A DNA stretch of 64,000 nucleotides from Cyanocohniella sp. LLY (GCA_022241785.1 JAKOMP010000016.1:2040-66039), one strand, 5' to 3'; positions 1-8,947 are shown, numbered from the stretch's first letter. Translations and numbers: made by a program. Notes: a model not told the origin generated them from the sequence alone.

Positions 1-279
1 ATCATCGACACGTTGAACAAAGTTGCGTTGTACTAATCTTTCTGTAGTTGCTGAAGCTGTCGCACAGGTGACACCCAGATGTTCTGCTAAATCAGATAAC
101 GAAGCATCTGGATTGCGATTGAGAAATGCCAGCGATCGCAACTGTGGTACTGATAAGGAAGCAGCACTATGAACCCGCATATCTGCGCGAATAAACCGCA
201 TCATTAAGGGAACTGTCTCCATAACTCTAGCGGCACATTCTTCAGCAGTTTTAGGTTGCGTAGATTTACTTTTTTTCAT
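1..279 (-). CDS. MarR-family transcriptional regulator, N-terminal part (the gene runs off the left edge)
   Basis: My own translation of the minus strand from the ATG (complement of 277-279) gives MKKSKSTQPKTAEECAARVMETVPLMMRFIRADMRVHSAASLSVPQLRSLAFLNRNPDASLSDLAEHLGVTCATASATTERLVQRNFVQRVDD. This has a MarR-like winged-helix pattern. The gene starts 20 nt downstream of the ABC-2 permease on the same strand. Confidence 0.7.
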   Translation of the reverse strand, partial: MKKSKSTQPKTAEECAARVMETVPLMMRFIRADMRVHSAASLSVPQLRSLAFLNRNPDASLSDLAEHLGVTCATASATTERLVQRNFVQRVDD

Positions 280-299
280 AATGCTAAACGTTCTCTTAA

Positions 300-1157
300 T
301 TACATTGCTACCCGTGGATAAAGTTTTCCACAAATTAGGGTTAAGCCTATCAATGTTAACAAGAGAATCATACAGTCCCAACCATAGCCATAAACACTAG
401 TGCCGTTGGCTAACATTGTTCCCCGTAATGCGTCCACTTCGTAAGTCAAAGGATTGATGTGAGATAAAAACTTTAACCAGTTTGGCATTAAGGTAATGGG
501 ATAGATGGCATTACTAGCAAAAAATAACGGCATAGTTAACAATTGTCCAATTCCTGTCATCCGTTCTCTGGTTTTCACCAAACAACCAATAATTAAGGAA
601 AAAGTGCAGAAACAACCAGCACCCAGCATCACAACTAGTAAGACTTGCAAAAAAGCTAAAGGATGCAGATTCAGTTGTACACCTAACAAAAATGCCAATC
701 CATAAATAATAAATACCTGTGATAAACACCTGATCCCACAAGCCAAAGACTTACCCAATACCATCGATATTCTGGGTGTCGGACTAGCCAGAAATTTATG
801 TACAACACCTAAATCTCGCTCCCAAATTAGTGTCATCCCACCTGTAAAAATGGCGACAAACAAAACACTCTGTGCCAGAATACCAGCCGCCATAAAGTCT
901 AAATAAGGTAAATCCCCTGTAGGAATTGCTCGCAGACGAGAGAAGACTTGACCAAAAATTAATAGCCATAACGCAGGTTGTACTGCGCGAATGATTAAAT
1001 CAGTGGGATCGTGCCGAAGTTTCCGCACTTCCATTTCGGCAATTACAAGAGTTTTTGTGAATATCTGATTTAATGCAGAGATGACATTATTAGTCCGGCG
1101 ATGAGGTTTTGTTCTAACCCAACCGTTGAGATGTACGTCTGGTTCTTGCTGTGTCAC
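300..1157 (-). CDS. ABC-2 type exporter permease
   Basis: 285-aa ORF with multiple hydrophobic segments. It overlaps the 3' end of the upstream ATPase gene, the typical DrrA/DrrB-like pairing. The start is GTG. Confidence 0.75.
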   Translation of the reverse strand: MTQQEPDVHLNGWVRTKPHRRTNNVISALNQIFTKTLVIAEMEVRKLRHDPTDLIIRAVQPALWLLIFGQVFSRLRAIPTGDLPYLDFMAAGILAQSVLFVAIFTGGMTLIWERDLGVVHKFLASPTPRISMVLGKSLACGIRCLSQVFIIYGLAFLLGVQLNLHPLAFLQVLLVVMLGAGCFCTFSLIIGCLVKTRERMTGIGQLLTMPLFFASNAIYPITLMPNWLKFLSHINPLTYEVDALRGTMLANGTSVYGYGWDCMILLLTLIGLTLICGKLYPRVAM

Positions 1158-1989
1158 GGTAGTTGACTCCTCCTGATTTTAATTGATCGCCTGTATGGTG
1201 AATAAAGACATCATCCAAGGTGGCATTAGGTTTATCCAAAGCGGCTTTCAAGTCACTGGGTACGCCTGTTGTCACAACTTGGCCTTGCTGCATAATCACG
1301 ACTCGATTACATAAACTGTCGGCTTCTTCTAAAAAGTGAGTAGTTAAAAAGATGGTTGTACCGTAATCTTCCCGCAGTTGTTGTACGAGTTCCCATACTT
1401 GATTACGGGCAATGGGATCTAATCCCACAGTCGGCTCATCGAGGAATAAAATTCGGGGTTGGTGCATGATTGATTGGGCAATTTCTAGCTTGCGAATCAT
1501 ACCACCAGAATAGTTACGTACTAAGCGGTGAGCTGCATCTTGCAAACCCATGAAACTGAGAACATCGTGAATACGCCTTTGTCGGCGGCTACGGGGAATG
1601 TCATATAGCTTGGCAAAGATTAACAGATTTTCGTAACCTGTCAGACTCCCATCAGCAGATAAAGCTTGGGGTACATAGCCTAATAATCTTCTCACATCAG
1701 CAGCCTGATGTGTTACGTCGTAGCCTGCTATGGTTGCTTTCCCGGCGCTGACGGGTAACAGGGTAGTTAACATCTTGATAACTGTGCTTTTACCCGCACC
1801 ATTGGGGCCGAGTAAGCCAAAGATTTCGCCATCTTCTACAGTGATGCTTAAATTATCTACTGCAACTGCTTTGTCAAAATAACGTGTCAGTCCTTGAGTT
1901 GCCAAAATCACTGCTGGAGAATCATGAGGTAGTGATTTTGATATGTCTGTGTTTCCCGTAAATATAGTCACGAGTTTTTCGCAATTCAA
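1114..1989 (-). CDS. ABC transporter ATP-binding protein (DrrA/ABC-2 subfamily)
   Basis: Walker A (GPNGAGKST), signature (YSGGMIRKL) and Walker B (ILFLDEP) are present. The track start is a TTG lying inside a palindrome, so the true start may be an internal GTG (about 1971 or 1911). Confidence 0.85.
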   Translation of the reverse strand: MNCEKLVTIFTGNTDISKSLPHDSPAVILATQGLTRYFDKAVAVDNLSITVEDGEIFGLLGPNGAGKSTVIKMLTTLLPVSAGKATIAGYDVTHQAADVRRLLGYVPQALSADGSLTGYENLLIFAKLYDIPRSRRQRRIHDVLSFMGLQDAAHRLVRNYSGGMIRKLEIAQSIMHQPRILFLDEPTVGLDPIARNQVWELVQQLREDYGTTIFLTTHFLEEADSLCNRVVIMQQGQVVTTGVPSDLKAALDKPNATLDDVFIHHTGDQLKSGGVNYRDTARTRRTSQRLG

Positions 1990-2010
1990 TATTTAGTTTA
2001 TCTAAATATT
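1988..2010. promoter_or_regulatory. Perfect 9-5-9 palindrome, candidate MarR operator of the ABC-2 operon
   Basis: AATATTTAG-TTTAT-CTAAATATT, read directly, at the 5' edge of the ATPase ORF. The last gene of the operon encodes a MarR regulator. Confidence 0.35.
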
Positions 2011-2029
2011 AGTTTCTCACAATTTATCG

Positions 2030-2260
2030 GGAAGTCAAGAGTCTATGTACGAATTATTGACACACTCCCCAGCCTGAAGGCATGGGGATTCTAGGCTCAA
2101 ACAGTAATTGCAGGCAAAGCCCGACTTACATCACCTAACCTAATGGTCGATGCCCCAACCATTTGAATATTACGTGCGGCGTTTTCATCCCTGCCATTAA
2201 TTGATTGACAGGATGGACAATGCCATTGTCTAACCAACAAATCAAGGCTTTCTAAAACAT
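2030..2260 (-). ncRNA. Probable omega-RNA (TnpB guide RNA scaffold) overlapping the tnpB 3' end and right end. Extent is approximate.
   Basis: By analogy with characterised TnpB elements. A hairpin CCCCA(T)GCC-TTCA-GGCTGGGG (2067-2087) lies 10 nt past the stop codon and is followed by GAGTGTGTCAA. Confidence 0.4.
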
Positions 2261-3221
2261 AGCCACAGTGGGAACAGGTCTTAGTGCTGGGATACCATTG
2301 GTCGATGAACACAACCAATTTATTCTTCTTTTTAGCAACCCATGCGAGGATTTGTATAAACTCACCAAAAGCCAAGTCTGATATCTTGCGTCCCCAAAGA
2401 CGTTGCATTCCCCTAAGATTTAAAGTCTCAAAACATAGAACATCGAACTTATCAGTTAATTCATGTGCCAACTTCCAAAACCAGTCGCGTCTACGATGAG
2501 AAATATCCTCATGCTTGCGGACTAAATTCTTTCTAGCACGTTCTCTGTTAGATGAACCTTTTGACTTTTTGGAATGCTGTGAACTCGCCTTTTTAATAGC
2601 GTTAAGAGATTGCTGGAAAAATTGGGGAGACTCAATTGTTGTACCGTCAGAGCAGGTGAGGAATGTTCGCAAACCAAAGTCAAAACCAGCGATTTTACCC
2701 GTCTTCACTTCAACTTCCGGTTGACTACTTTCGTCAACAACCACAACCATAAACAATTCACCCAATGGTGTGCGTTTAATAGTTAGGGTCTTGACTGTTC
2801 CCTCGATCTCTCTCGACTGCCAAAATTGATAAATCTTGTTGCCAATTTTTACTCTATTACCACCCAAAAACTTATAACCTGCTTGTTTTAGGGTGAATGA
2901 TTTATATTTTTTAACTTTCTTGAATCCTGGTGGACGTACTCCTTTGTTATTGTGCTTAAAAAATAATTGGTAGGCTTTCTCAATGCGTTGACAGATATCT
3001 TGCACTGCTTGAGAACCTACTGATTGCCAAAATGAATTACGCTTTCTCAACTTGGCAATGTGAGACTGAAGTTTTGCACAACTTAAATGCTTGCCCCACA
3101 TCCGATAGTAGCGTTTGTGTAGGGCAATGCAATGATTATAAATTACCCCGGCAGCATTGATTATACGCTTGAGGCATCTATTTTTTTTGTGTTGATATAG
3201 CTTAAACTTCAGTGTTTTCAT
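2097..3221 (-). CDS. tnpB: TnpB (IS605 OrfB family) RNA-guided endonuclease-like transposase accessory protein
   Basis: 374 aa. RuvC-like motifs are present (GFDFG, CFETLNL, GRDENAARNI), with a Zn finger CSHCG...CPSC between them. Confidence 0.9.
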   Translation of the reverse strand: MKTLKFKLYQHKKNRCLKRIINAAGVIYNHCIALHKRYYRMWGKHLSCAKLQSHIAKLRKRNSFWQSVGSQAVQDICQRIEKAYQLFFKHNNKGVRPPGFKKVKKYKSFTLKQAGYKFLGGNRVKIGNKIYQFWQSREIEGTVKTLTIKRTPLGELFMVVVVDESSQPEVEVKTGKIAGFDFGLRTFLTCSDGTTIESPQFFQQSLNAIKKASSQHSKKSKGSSNRERARKNLVRKHEDISHRRRDWFWKLAHELTDKFDVLCFETLNLRGMQRLWGRKISDLAFGEFIQILAWVAKKKNKLVVFIDQWYPSTKTCSHCGYVLESLDLLVRQWHCPSCQSINGRDENAARNIQMVGASTIRLGDVSRALPAITV

Positions 3222-3288
3222 ATTAGTATTTTACCAAAAATATGAAACTAAAAACTCAAATTATTTTTAAATTAAGCAAAGTCGCTCT

Positions 3289-3696
3289 TCAAGGGCGAGG
3301 CTTTAAACCCATGTTTTTGGTAAACTCTGCTATTTCTAGACGATTTCCCCCAGGATCACGAATAAAAAAGCGGTTGACGAAGGGTATGGGCTGACCATTG
3401 ATAATTTCTACTCCATGATTTTGCAGATGTTGTGCAAAAGCTGGTAAGTTGTTAACTTGAAAACAAATATGTCGTCTTGATGTTGCGTTATTTACTGAGT
3501 TTTCTGTGCTGACATGAATTTGAATATTTCCCAGTACATACCATGCGCCCTCATTAGCTTGCAGAGCCTCTGGTTTAGTAATTTCTTTTAGTCCTAGAAC
3601 TTGACTATAAAAAAACAGCATAGAATCTTTAGCTTCAGTAGATGATGTCACCTGAATATGATCAATTGCATTCAGCCACATTGTCATGTTCTCCAA
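3289..3696 (-). CDS. VOC (glyoxalase/bleomycin-resistance/dioxygenase) family protein
   Basis: 135 aa. The HIQV...RHICFQV...GGNRLEI pattern is typical of the VOC fold. Confidence 0.7.
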   Translation of the reverse strand: MENMTMWLNAIDHIQVTSSTEAKDSMLFFYSQVLGLKEITKPEALQANEGAWYVLGNIQIHVSTENSVNNATSRRHICFQVNNLPAFAQHLQNHGVEIINGQPIPFVNRFFIRDPGGNRLEIAEFTKNMGLKPRP

Positions 3697-3781
3697 ATTA
3701 CTTTTTGACTCATACCATTTCCCGATAAATCTGATACAGATGTAAACCCTGAAAGCTGTGCTGCATCTAAGTTTTTTAATT

Positions 3782-3870
3782 GCGTAAAGCCCTAGTGGGC
3801 ATGGCTGCGCTTAACACGCAGTGTGCCGGAGGCTCTATTGCGTACAGCCTGGCGGCATCCGGAGGCTAAG
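3782..3870. repeat. Cluster of small dispersed repeats (SDR-like units)
   Basis: GTGTGCCGGAGGCTCT (3821-3836) and GCGTACAGCCTGGCGGCATCCGGAGGCT (3840-3867). Related copies lie at 39160-39183, 53539-53568 and 59441-59464. Confidence 0.7.
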
Positions 3871-3948
3871 AGTACGAATTAGTATCAGTAGTTATTACTG
3901 AGATTGTAATTGCAGTGTTTGAGACATTATGCAATACTATTTCTAATC

Positions 3949-3974
3949 TACGATAAATCGATAAAGTTTAAGAA
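3949..3974. promoter_or_regulatory. Weaker copy of the 26-bp TAC-N20-GTA box
   Basis: TACGATAAATCGATAAAGTTTAAGAA. The left half is good and the right half degenerate. It lies 100 nt upstream of the mrp-like gene. Confidence 0.3.
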
Positions 3975-4073
3975 CATTATTGTTGTCTTCAATTGGCTAG
4001 AAGATGTTGACCTTAAGGAAAGGATGCTTAAACAATGACAGATTCATCGCACTCTCTGTAATAATTTTTACTA

Positions 4074-5144
4074 ATGTCCAGACATCAATCACCCTTCCAA
4101 AAACCAGAGGAAGAAGTACAATCCGCTTCTCCCGATTCTCTTACCATGGTTCGTAAACAAGAAGTTGTGCAACTCCTCAAGAAAATTAACGATTCCATCC
4201 TCAAAAATGACATCGTTAGTCTGGGAATGGTGCGAAATTTGCGAATAGTTGATGACTATATATATTTGCGTTTATATATCGGTTCCCATCAACATCAATT
4301 AGAAGCCGAGATTCAAACTGTATTATCATCTCTGACTTGGAGCAAAAAAACTTACATTCAACTCTGTACCATTCCTCAAGTAAGAACCACTCTAGCCGTT
4401 TCCAGTGGTAAGGGTGGTGTGGGTAAATCTACCACGGCGGTTAATTTAGCAGCTGCTTTGCAATTAGCCGGGGCAAAAGTCGGTCTGTTGGATGCTGATG
4501 TTTACGGCCCCAATGTCCCGCAAATGCTGGGGCTGGGTAAATCTGAGGTGAAAGTTATCGATACTCCCAATGGCCAAAGGTTTGTACCATTAGAAGCTTA
4601 CGGGATTAAAGTGATGTCTGTGGGACTGTTAGCAGAAGCAGACCATCCTTTAGCTTGGCGTGGCCCGGTTTTACACAAAATTATTATCCAATTTATCCAT
4701 GAAGTAGAGTGGGGAGAATTGGATTATTTATTAATTGACCTTCCTCCTGGTACTGGTGATGCTCAAATTACGATTGTGCAAGAAAGCCCTATTTGTGGGG
4801 TAATCTTGGTCACAACTCCCCAAAATGTCGCTGTTTCGGATGTCCGCCGCAGTATTTATATGTTTCGTCAAGTTGGGGTTCCTGTGGTCGGTATTATCGA
4901 AAATATGAGCTATTTTCTAGGAAGTGGTGGCGAAAAAATTCCGATTTTTGGCAGTGGTGGAGGTCAAAGGTTGGTAGAAGAACTCAAAGCACCGCTTTTA
5001 GGACAGATTCCTATTGATCCCCTCATCTGTAATGGTGGGGATGTTGGAGAACCGCTAACACTTGCTGACCCTGATTCCACAGCTAGTCAAGTATTTGTAC
5101 GAATTGCTGAGGCGTTAAATGCTACTTTTGCTGGTTCTGTTTGA
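4074..5144 (+). CDS. Mrp/NBP35 (ApbC) family Fe-S cluster carrier ATPase
   Basis: N-terminal DUF59-like region, deviant Walker A (SGKGGVGKST) and a conserved ParA-like core. Confidence 0.85.
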   Translation: MSRHQSPFQKPEEEVQSASPDSLTMVRKQEVVQLLKKINDSILKNDIVSLGMVRNLRIVDDYIYLRLYIGSHQHQLEAEIQTVLSSLTWSKKTYIQLCTIPQVRTTLAVSSGKGGVGKSTTAVNLAAALQLAGAKVGLLDADVYGPNVPQMLGLGKSEVKVIDTPNGQRFVPLEAYGIKVMSVGLLAEADHPLAWRGPVLHKIIIQFIHEVEWGELDYLLIDLPPGTGDAQITIVQESPICGVILVTTPQNVAVSDVRRSIYMFRQVGVPVVGIIENMSYFLGSGGEKIPIFGSGGGQRLVEELKAPLLGQIPIDPLICNGGDVGEPLTLADPDSTASQVFVRIAEALNATFAGSV

Positions 5145-5181
5145 GTAATTTTCGGCGTTGCTATTAAATAGGAATTAGTTT

Positions 5182-5250
5182 CACGCAGAGTCGAGCCAGT
5201 GCGTTGGGCGGCTCCGCCGACTTGTAGCAACTGGCGTGCAGAGAGTAAGA
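5182..5250. repeat. Dispersed hairpin repeat (GCCAGT...ACTGGC family)
   Basis: GCCAGTGCGTTGGGCGGCTCCGCCGACTTGTAGCAACTGGC. A near-identical copy lies at 48426-48495. Confidence 0.75.
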
Positions 5251-5286
5251 GTTTGAGAAACGCCTCAGCACAATTTATTTATAAAA

Positions 5287-5312
5287 TACGGTAATTCGAC
5301 TGATTTATAGTA
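5287..5312. promoter_or_regulatory. 26-bp TAC-N20-GTA palindromic box (putative sulfur-regulon operator)
   Basis: TACGGTAATTCGACTGATTTATAGTA. It ends 30 nt before the ATG of the SDR gene. Its 3' part contains a -10-like TATAGT. Confidence 0.6.
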
Positions 5313-5342
5313 GATTAAATGAAGGACGCATAGGAGTAAGTT

Positions 5343-6092
5343 ATGGCAGAGAAATTAGATGGTAAAGTAGCTATTATTACTGGAGCTTCTGCGGGGATTG
5401 GTGAAGCTACGGCTATAGCCTTAGCAGTAGAAGGGGCAAAGGTGGTAATTGCAGCTAGAAGAGGCGATCGCCTGGAAGCATTAGCCCAAAAAATTGCTAC
5501 AAATGGTGGACAAGCATTACCTATAGTTACTGATATCACCGACGAAACCCAAGCCAACAACCTCATCCATAAAGCCAACGCAGAGTTCGGGCGAGTTGAT
5601 ATTTTAGTCAATAACGCAGGTATAGCCCTGACAGGGAATATTGATGGCGGTAACACCTCAGATTGGCGACGGATGTTTGATGTCAACGTCTTCGGATTGC
5701 TTTATGCTACCCATGCAGTCTTACCAATTTTTAAAGCCCAAGGTGTCGGACATATCGTTAATATTTCATCAGTCGCAGGTCGTTTAGCCCGTGCAGGTGT
5801 GGGGATATACAATGCCACTAAATGGGGTGTGAATGCTATTTCCGAATCTTTACGGCAAGAAGTATTAAAAGATAACATCCGCGTTACCATTATCGAACCT
5901 GGTTTAGTCGATACAGAAATCAACAATCATATTACCGACCCCATATCCAAACAGATTAGTGAAGAACGACGTAAATCAATCAAAGCCTTAGAAAGCGAAG
6001 ATATTGCCAGGGCGATCGCCTATGCTGTAACTCAGCCACCCCACGTTAATGTGAATGAAATTCTCATTCGACCAACTCAGCAAGATAGATAA
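5343..6092 (+). CDS. Short-chain dehydrogenase/reductase (SDR) family oxidoreductase
   Basis: TGASAGIG cofactor motif, NNAG, and the YxxxK catalytic motif (YNATK). Confidence 0.85.
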   Translation: MAEKLDGKVAIITGASAGIGEATAIALAVEGAKVVIAARRGDRLEALAQKIATNGGQALPIVTDITDETQANNLIHKANAEFGRVDILVNNAGIALTGNIDGGNTSDWRRMFDVNVFGLLYATHAVLPIFKAQGVGHIVNISSVAGRLARAGVGIYNATKWGVNAISESLRQEVLKDNIRVTIIEPGLVDTEINNHITDPISKQISEERRKSIKALESEDIARAIAYAVTQPPHVNVNEILIRPTQQDR

Positions 6093-6152
6093 GGTGAAAG
6101 TATTAATTATCTGGCAATTTTCCGAGGCTGAAAAACTGAATTTACTCAAATT

Positions 6153-6581
6153 ATGGATGAAATATTTATGCTGACTGCTCTAGATCAAAGCAGAAAAGCA
6201 TTACCACAATGTTTGCCCAACCCACCAGTAGGCTGCGTAATCGTAGACAATGAAAAAATAGTGGCGCAAGGATATACACAACCACCAGGAAAACCTCATG
6301 CTGAGGCTAATGCGCTCAACCATATTCAAGGAAAAGCTTTCGACTTCTTGAAAATGTATGTAACTCTTGAACCTGGTTCTTTTTATGGACGTAAACCTGC
6401 GTGTGCTTTAACCATTTCTGAAGATACTCGTATACATGAAATATATGTATCTATACTTGATTCAGATCCTCGCAACAATGGTCAAGGATTAGAAATTATT
6501 AGAAAAGCAGGAAAGACAGTTTATGTAGGGTTATGCGCCAATGAGGTGAACACTTTTCTGAGACAATATTTATTAAGGTGA
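6153..6581 (+). CDS. Stand-alone CMP/dCMP (RibD-N-like) deaminase domain protein with an atypical zinc site
   Basis: HAEANAL is present, but the expected EPC...PPC reads LEPGSFYGRKPAC, so the first Cys is replaced by Gly. Confidence 0.6.
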   Translation: MDEIFMLTALDQSRKALPQCLPNPPVGCVIVDNEKIVAQGYTQPPGKPHAEANALNHIQGKAFDFLKMYVTLEPGSFYGRKPACALTISEDTRIHEIYVSILDSDPRNNGQGLEIIRKAGKTVYVGLCANEVNTFLRQYLLR

Positions 6582-6964
6582 TAAAAAATAATCTAGATAG
6601 AGCAATGAAAGAAAATAGCATAATTACTAATTTTCATGCTCATGTCTACTACGATACTGACATTCGTGAAATTGCTGCCCGTATCCGAGAAGGCTTAGGA
6701 GCTAGATTTGAAGTACAGTTGGGACGCTGGCATGACAACCCTATTGGCCCGCATCCCAAATCCATGTATCAAGTTGCCTTTTCCCCATCTGAATTTACAC
6801 AAGTTGTTCCCTGGTTAATGCTCAACCGTGAGGGGTTAGATATTCTCGTCCACCCAAACACAGGCGATGATGTCACAGATCATACAGCCCACGCCCTCTG
6901 GCTAGGCACCAAGCTAGATTTAAACATCGATTTCCTCCAACGCATCAAACCCAACGCCTCTTAA
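6578..6964 (+). CDS. DOPA 4,5-dioxygenase-like family protein
   Basis: About 120 aa with the N-terminal FHAHVYYD signature of this family. The GTG start overlaps the upstream stop by 4 nt; an alternative ATG is at 6605. Confidence 0.55.
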   Translation: MIKNNLDRAMKENSIITNFHAHVYYDTDIREIAARIREGLGARFEVQLGRWHDNPIGPHPKSMYQVAFSPSEFTQVVPWLMLNREGLDILVHPNTGDDVTDHTAHALWLGTKLDLNIDFLQRIKPNAS

Positions 6965-7002
6965 TTACGAATTACAAATTACGAATTACGAATTACGAAT
7001 TA
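6963..7002. repeat. Heptamer tandem repeat (AATTACG x5.7)
   Basis: Read directly. It fills the whole gap between two convergent stop codons. Confidence 0.9.
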
Positions 7003-7665
7003 ACGCTTGCGTGCTAAAGTCAGACCATCTGCGATCGCAATCAAACTTAAATCTATGCGATCGTCTTGAGATAGCTTACTATTAAACTCACGAATAGCTA
7101 CAGTAGCCGAATCTTCTACTTCCGGCTGAATCACCCTTCCAGACCACAGCACATTATCAATAGCAATTAAACCACCAGGTCGTACTAACTTTAACGCTGA
7201 TTCGTAATAACTGTAATAGTTTTCCTTATCAGCATCAATAAAAGCAAAATCAAAAGTTTCTGCCTGACCTTGTGATAAAAGATACTGTAAACTTTCTGTT
7301 CCTGGCGCTAGGAGCAAGTCAATTTTATCTGCCACACCTGCTTTCTCCCAATAGCGACGAGCAACCGATGTAAACTCTTCACTGACATCACAGGCAATAA
7401 TCTTACCATCAGGCGGCAGAGCTAAAGCAACACTCAAAGAACTGTAACCAGTAAAAACTCCTACTTCCAATGTTTTCTTTGCATTAATTAACTTGACTAA
7501 AAGCGCCAAAAACTGTCCTTGTTCTGGTGCAACCTGCATATTTGCACGAGAATGATTAGCGGTTTCTTGGCGTAACTGCAAAAGAACTTCTGGTTCACTT
7601 AAAGAGACGGATAACAGGTATTCGTGCAGATTTTGCGTTATATTCAGTGTTTTTCCAGTAGACAT
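7000..7665 (-). CDS. Class I SAM-dependent O-methyltransferase (caffeoyl-CoA OMT-like, family 3)
   Basis: 221 aa. It carries LEVGVFTGYS (SAM motif I) and FDFAFIDADK, typical of family-3 OMTs. Confidence 0.8.
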   Translation of the reverse strand: MSTGKTLNITQNLHEYLLSVSLSEPEVLLQLRQETANHSRANMQVAPEQGQFLALLVKLINAKKTLEVGVFTGYSSLSVALALPPDGKIIACDVSEEFTSVARRYWEKAGVADKIDLLLAPGTESLQYLLSQGQAETFDFAFIDADKENYYSYYESALKLVRPGGLIAIDNVLWSGRVIQPEVEDSATVAIREFNSKLSQDDRIDLSLIAIADGLTLARKR

Positions 7666-7720
7666 ACTTTTTTTGGAGCTTGCATTTACAGCTTATTTAT
7701 GTAAATATCCTACTATTAAA

Positions 7721-7746
7721 TACGGTAAATTGCTAGATTTAGTGTA
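7721..7746. promoter_or_regulatory. 26-bp TAC-N20-GTA palindromic box (putative sulfur-regulon operator)
   Basis: TACGGTAAATTGCTAGATTTAGTGTA. It ends 32 nt before the ATG of the SsuA-like gene. Confidence 0.6.
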
Positions 7747-7778
7747 GTATTAAATCTACCTGTGTTTGCAATGTAAGT

Positions 7779-8837
7779 ATGTTGACCAAGTATTTACCTA
7801 AACGATTGATGAAGATTGTCAGTAGCTTTCTTCAGAATTATGAATTAACCAGAACGGCTGTATTTGCTTTATTCTTTGCCGTCGGATTAAGCTTGACTCT
7901 TGTCATATCTGCGTGTTCTCCCAATAACACAAGCAACTCCGCCGCCACACAAGCAACAAGTCAAGGTGTAGTGATTCGTATCGGCTATCAAAAAGCGGCA
8001 ACTATTCTGAATGCGCTGAAAAACAGAGGTGGTTTAGCACAAACTTTAGAAGCGACTGGTGCGAGAGTCACATGGGCAGAATTTCCCGCAGGCCCACCTA
8101 TGCTAGAAGCTATGAACGCAGGTAGTATTGACTTTGGTTACACAGGTGAATCACCACCAATATTTGCTCAAGTTGCAGGTACTCCCTTGCTTTATGTGGC
8201 GTATGATCCTTGGAGTCCGAAAGCTGAAGCAATTATCGTGCGTAAAGATTCACCAATTCAAACAGTTGCTGACCTCAAGGGGAAAAGAGTAGCCTTTGCT
8301 AGAGGGTCAAATACTAACTATCTTGTGGTCAAAGCTGTAGAAGCTGCCGGATTAAACTATAGTGACATTCAACCAACACATCTCACACCAGCAGATGCCC
8401 GTGCAGCATTTGAAGGCGGTAATGTTGATGCTTGGGCAATTTGGGACCCTTATTTAGCAGCAGTAGAGCATGATACAGAAGTAAGGATTTTAACAGATGC
8501 CACAAATTTAGCACCGAATCGGGGTTACTATCTTGCTCGTCAAGACTTTGTTAAGTCTCACCCAGATTTGTTGAAAACCATTTTAGATGAAGTCGGCAAA
8601 GTAGACGAATGGGCAACAAATAATCCAGCAGAAGTTGCCAAGTTTCTAGAACCAGAATTAGGTATTCCCGCAGCAGCCTTAGAGATTGGGGAAAAACGGC
8701 GGAAGTATGGCGTTTTACCGCTAACAGATGAAATCATCACTCAGCAACAAGAGATTGCTGATACTTTTTACAAAATCAAGCTAGTTCCTAAGCAAATCCA
8801 AGTCAAAGACATCGTTTGGAACGGTAATAAATCCTAG
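7779..8837 (+). CDS. ssuA: Aliphatic sulfonate ABC transporter substrate-binding protein (SsuA family), lipoprotein
   Basis: Lipobox (VISAC). Conserved WAEFPAGPPMLEAMNAGSIDFGYTGESPPIFAQ block, shared with the paralogues at 39277, 50324 and 52455. Confidence 0.8.
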   Translation: MLTKYLPKRLMKIVSSFLQNYELTRTAVFALFFAVGLSLTLVISACSPNNTSNSAATQATSQGVVIRIGYQKAATILNALKNRGGLAQTLEATGARVTWAEFPAGPPMLEAMNAGSIDFGYTGESPPIFAQVAGTPLLYVAYDPWSPKAEAIIVRKDSPIQTVADLKGKRVAFARGSNTNYLVVKAVEAAGLNYSDIQPTHLTPADARAAFEGGNVDAWAIWDPYLAAVEHDTEVRILTDATNLAPNRGYYLARQDFVKSHPDLLKTILDEVGKVDEWATNNPAEVAKFLEPELGIPAAALEIGEKRRKYGVLPLTDEIITQQQEIADTFYKIKLVPKQIQVKDIVWNGNKS

Positions 8838-8862
8838 AAATTTCCTCCCCATTCCCTCGGTT

Positions 8863-8922
8863 ACTGAGCGACTTGTACTGAGCGACTTGTACTGAGCGAA
8901 GTCGAAGTAAGTCGAAGTAACT
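8863..8922. repeat. Composite tandem repeat
   Basis: ACTGAGCGACTTGT x2.6, followed by AGTCGAAGTA x2. Confidence 0.85.
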
Positions 8923-8947
8923 CCCCACTCCCCATTTGTAAAAGCTT

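Larger units (their letters stand above)
2030..3285 (-). mobile_element. IS200/IS605-family (IS1341-type) element carrying only tnpB. Boundaries are approximate.
   Basis: A TnpB ORF fills the gap between the ABC operon 5' region and the VOC gene. No tnpA is present. The ends cannot be fixed without other copies. Confidence 0.5.

Noticed and set aside
5315-5686. 123-aa minus-strand ORF antisense to the SDR gene. The same situation applies at 8962-9201, 22485-22889, 43303-43671, 48000-48221 and 57533-57941, among others.
   Set aside because: These are shadow ORFs fully inside well-supported genes on the opposite strand or in another frame. Their composition is low-complexity or Ala/Ser/Pro-rich and no family signature is present.
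8863-8922. Tandem repeats as a possible CRISPR array.
   Set aside because: The units are 10-14 nt and directly abutting without spacers, and no cas genes are present. This is an ordinary cyanobacterial tandem repeat.
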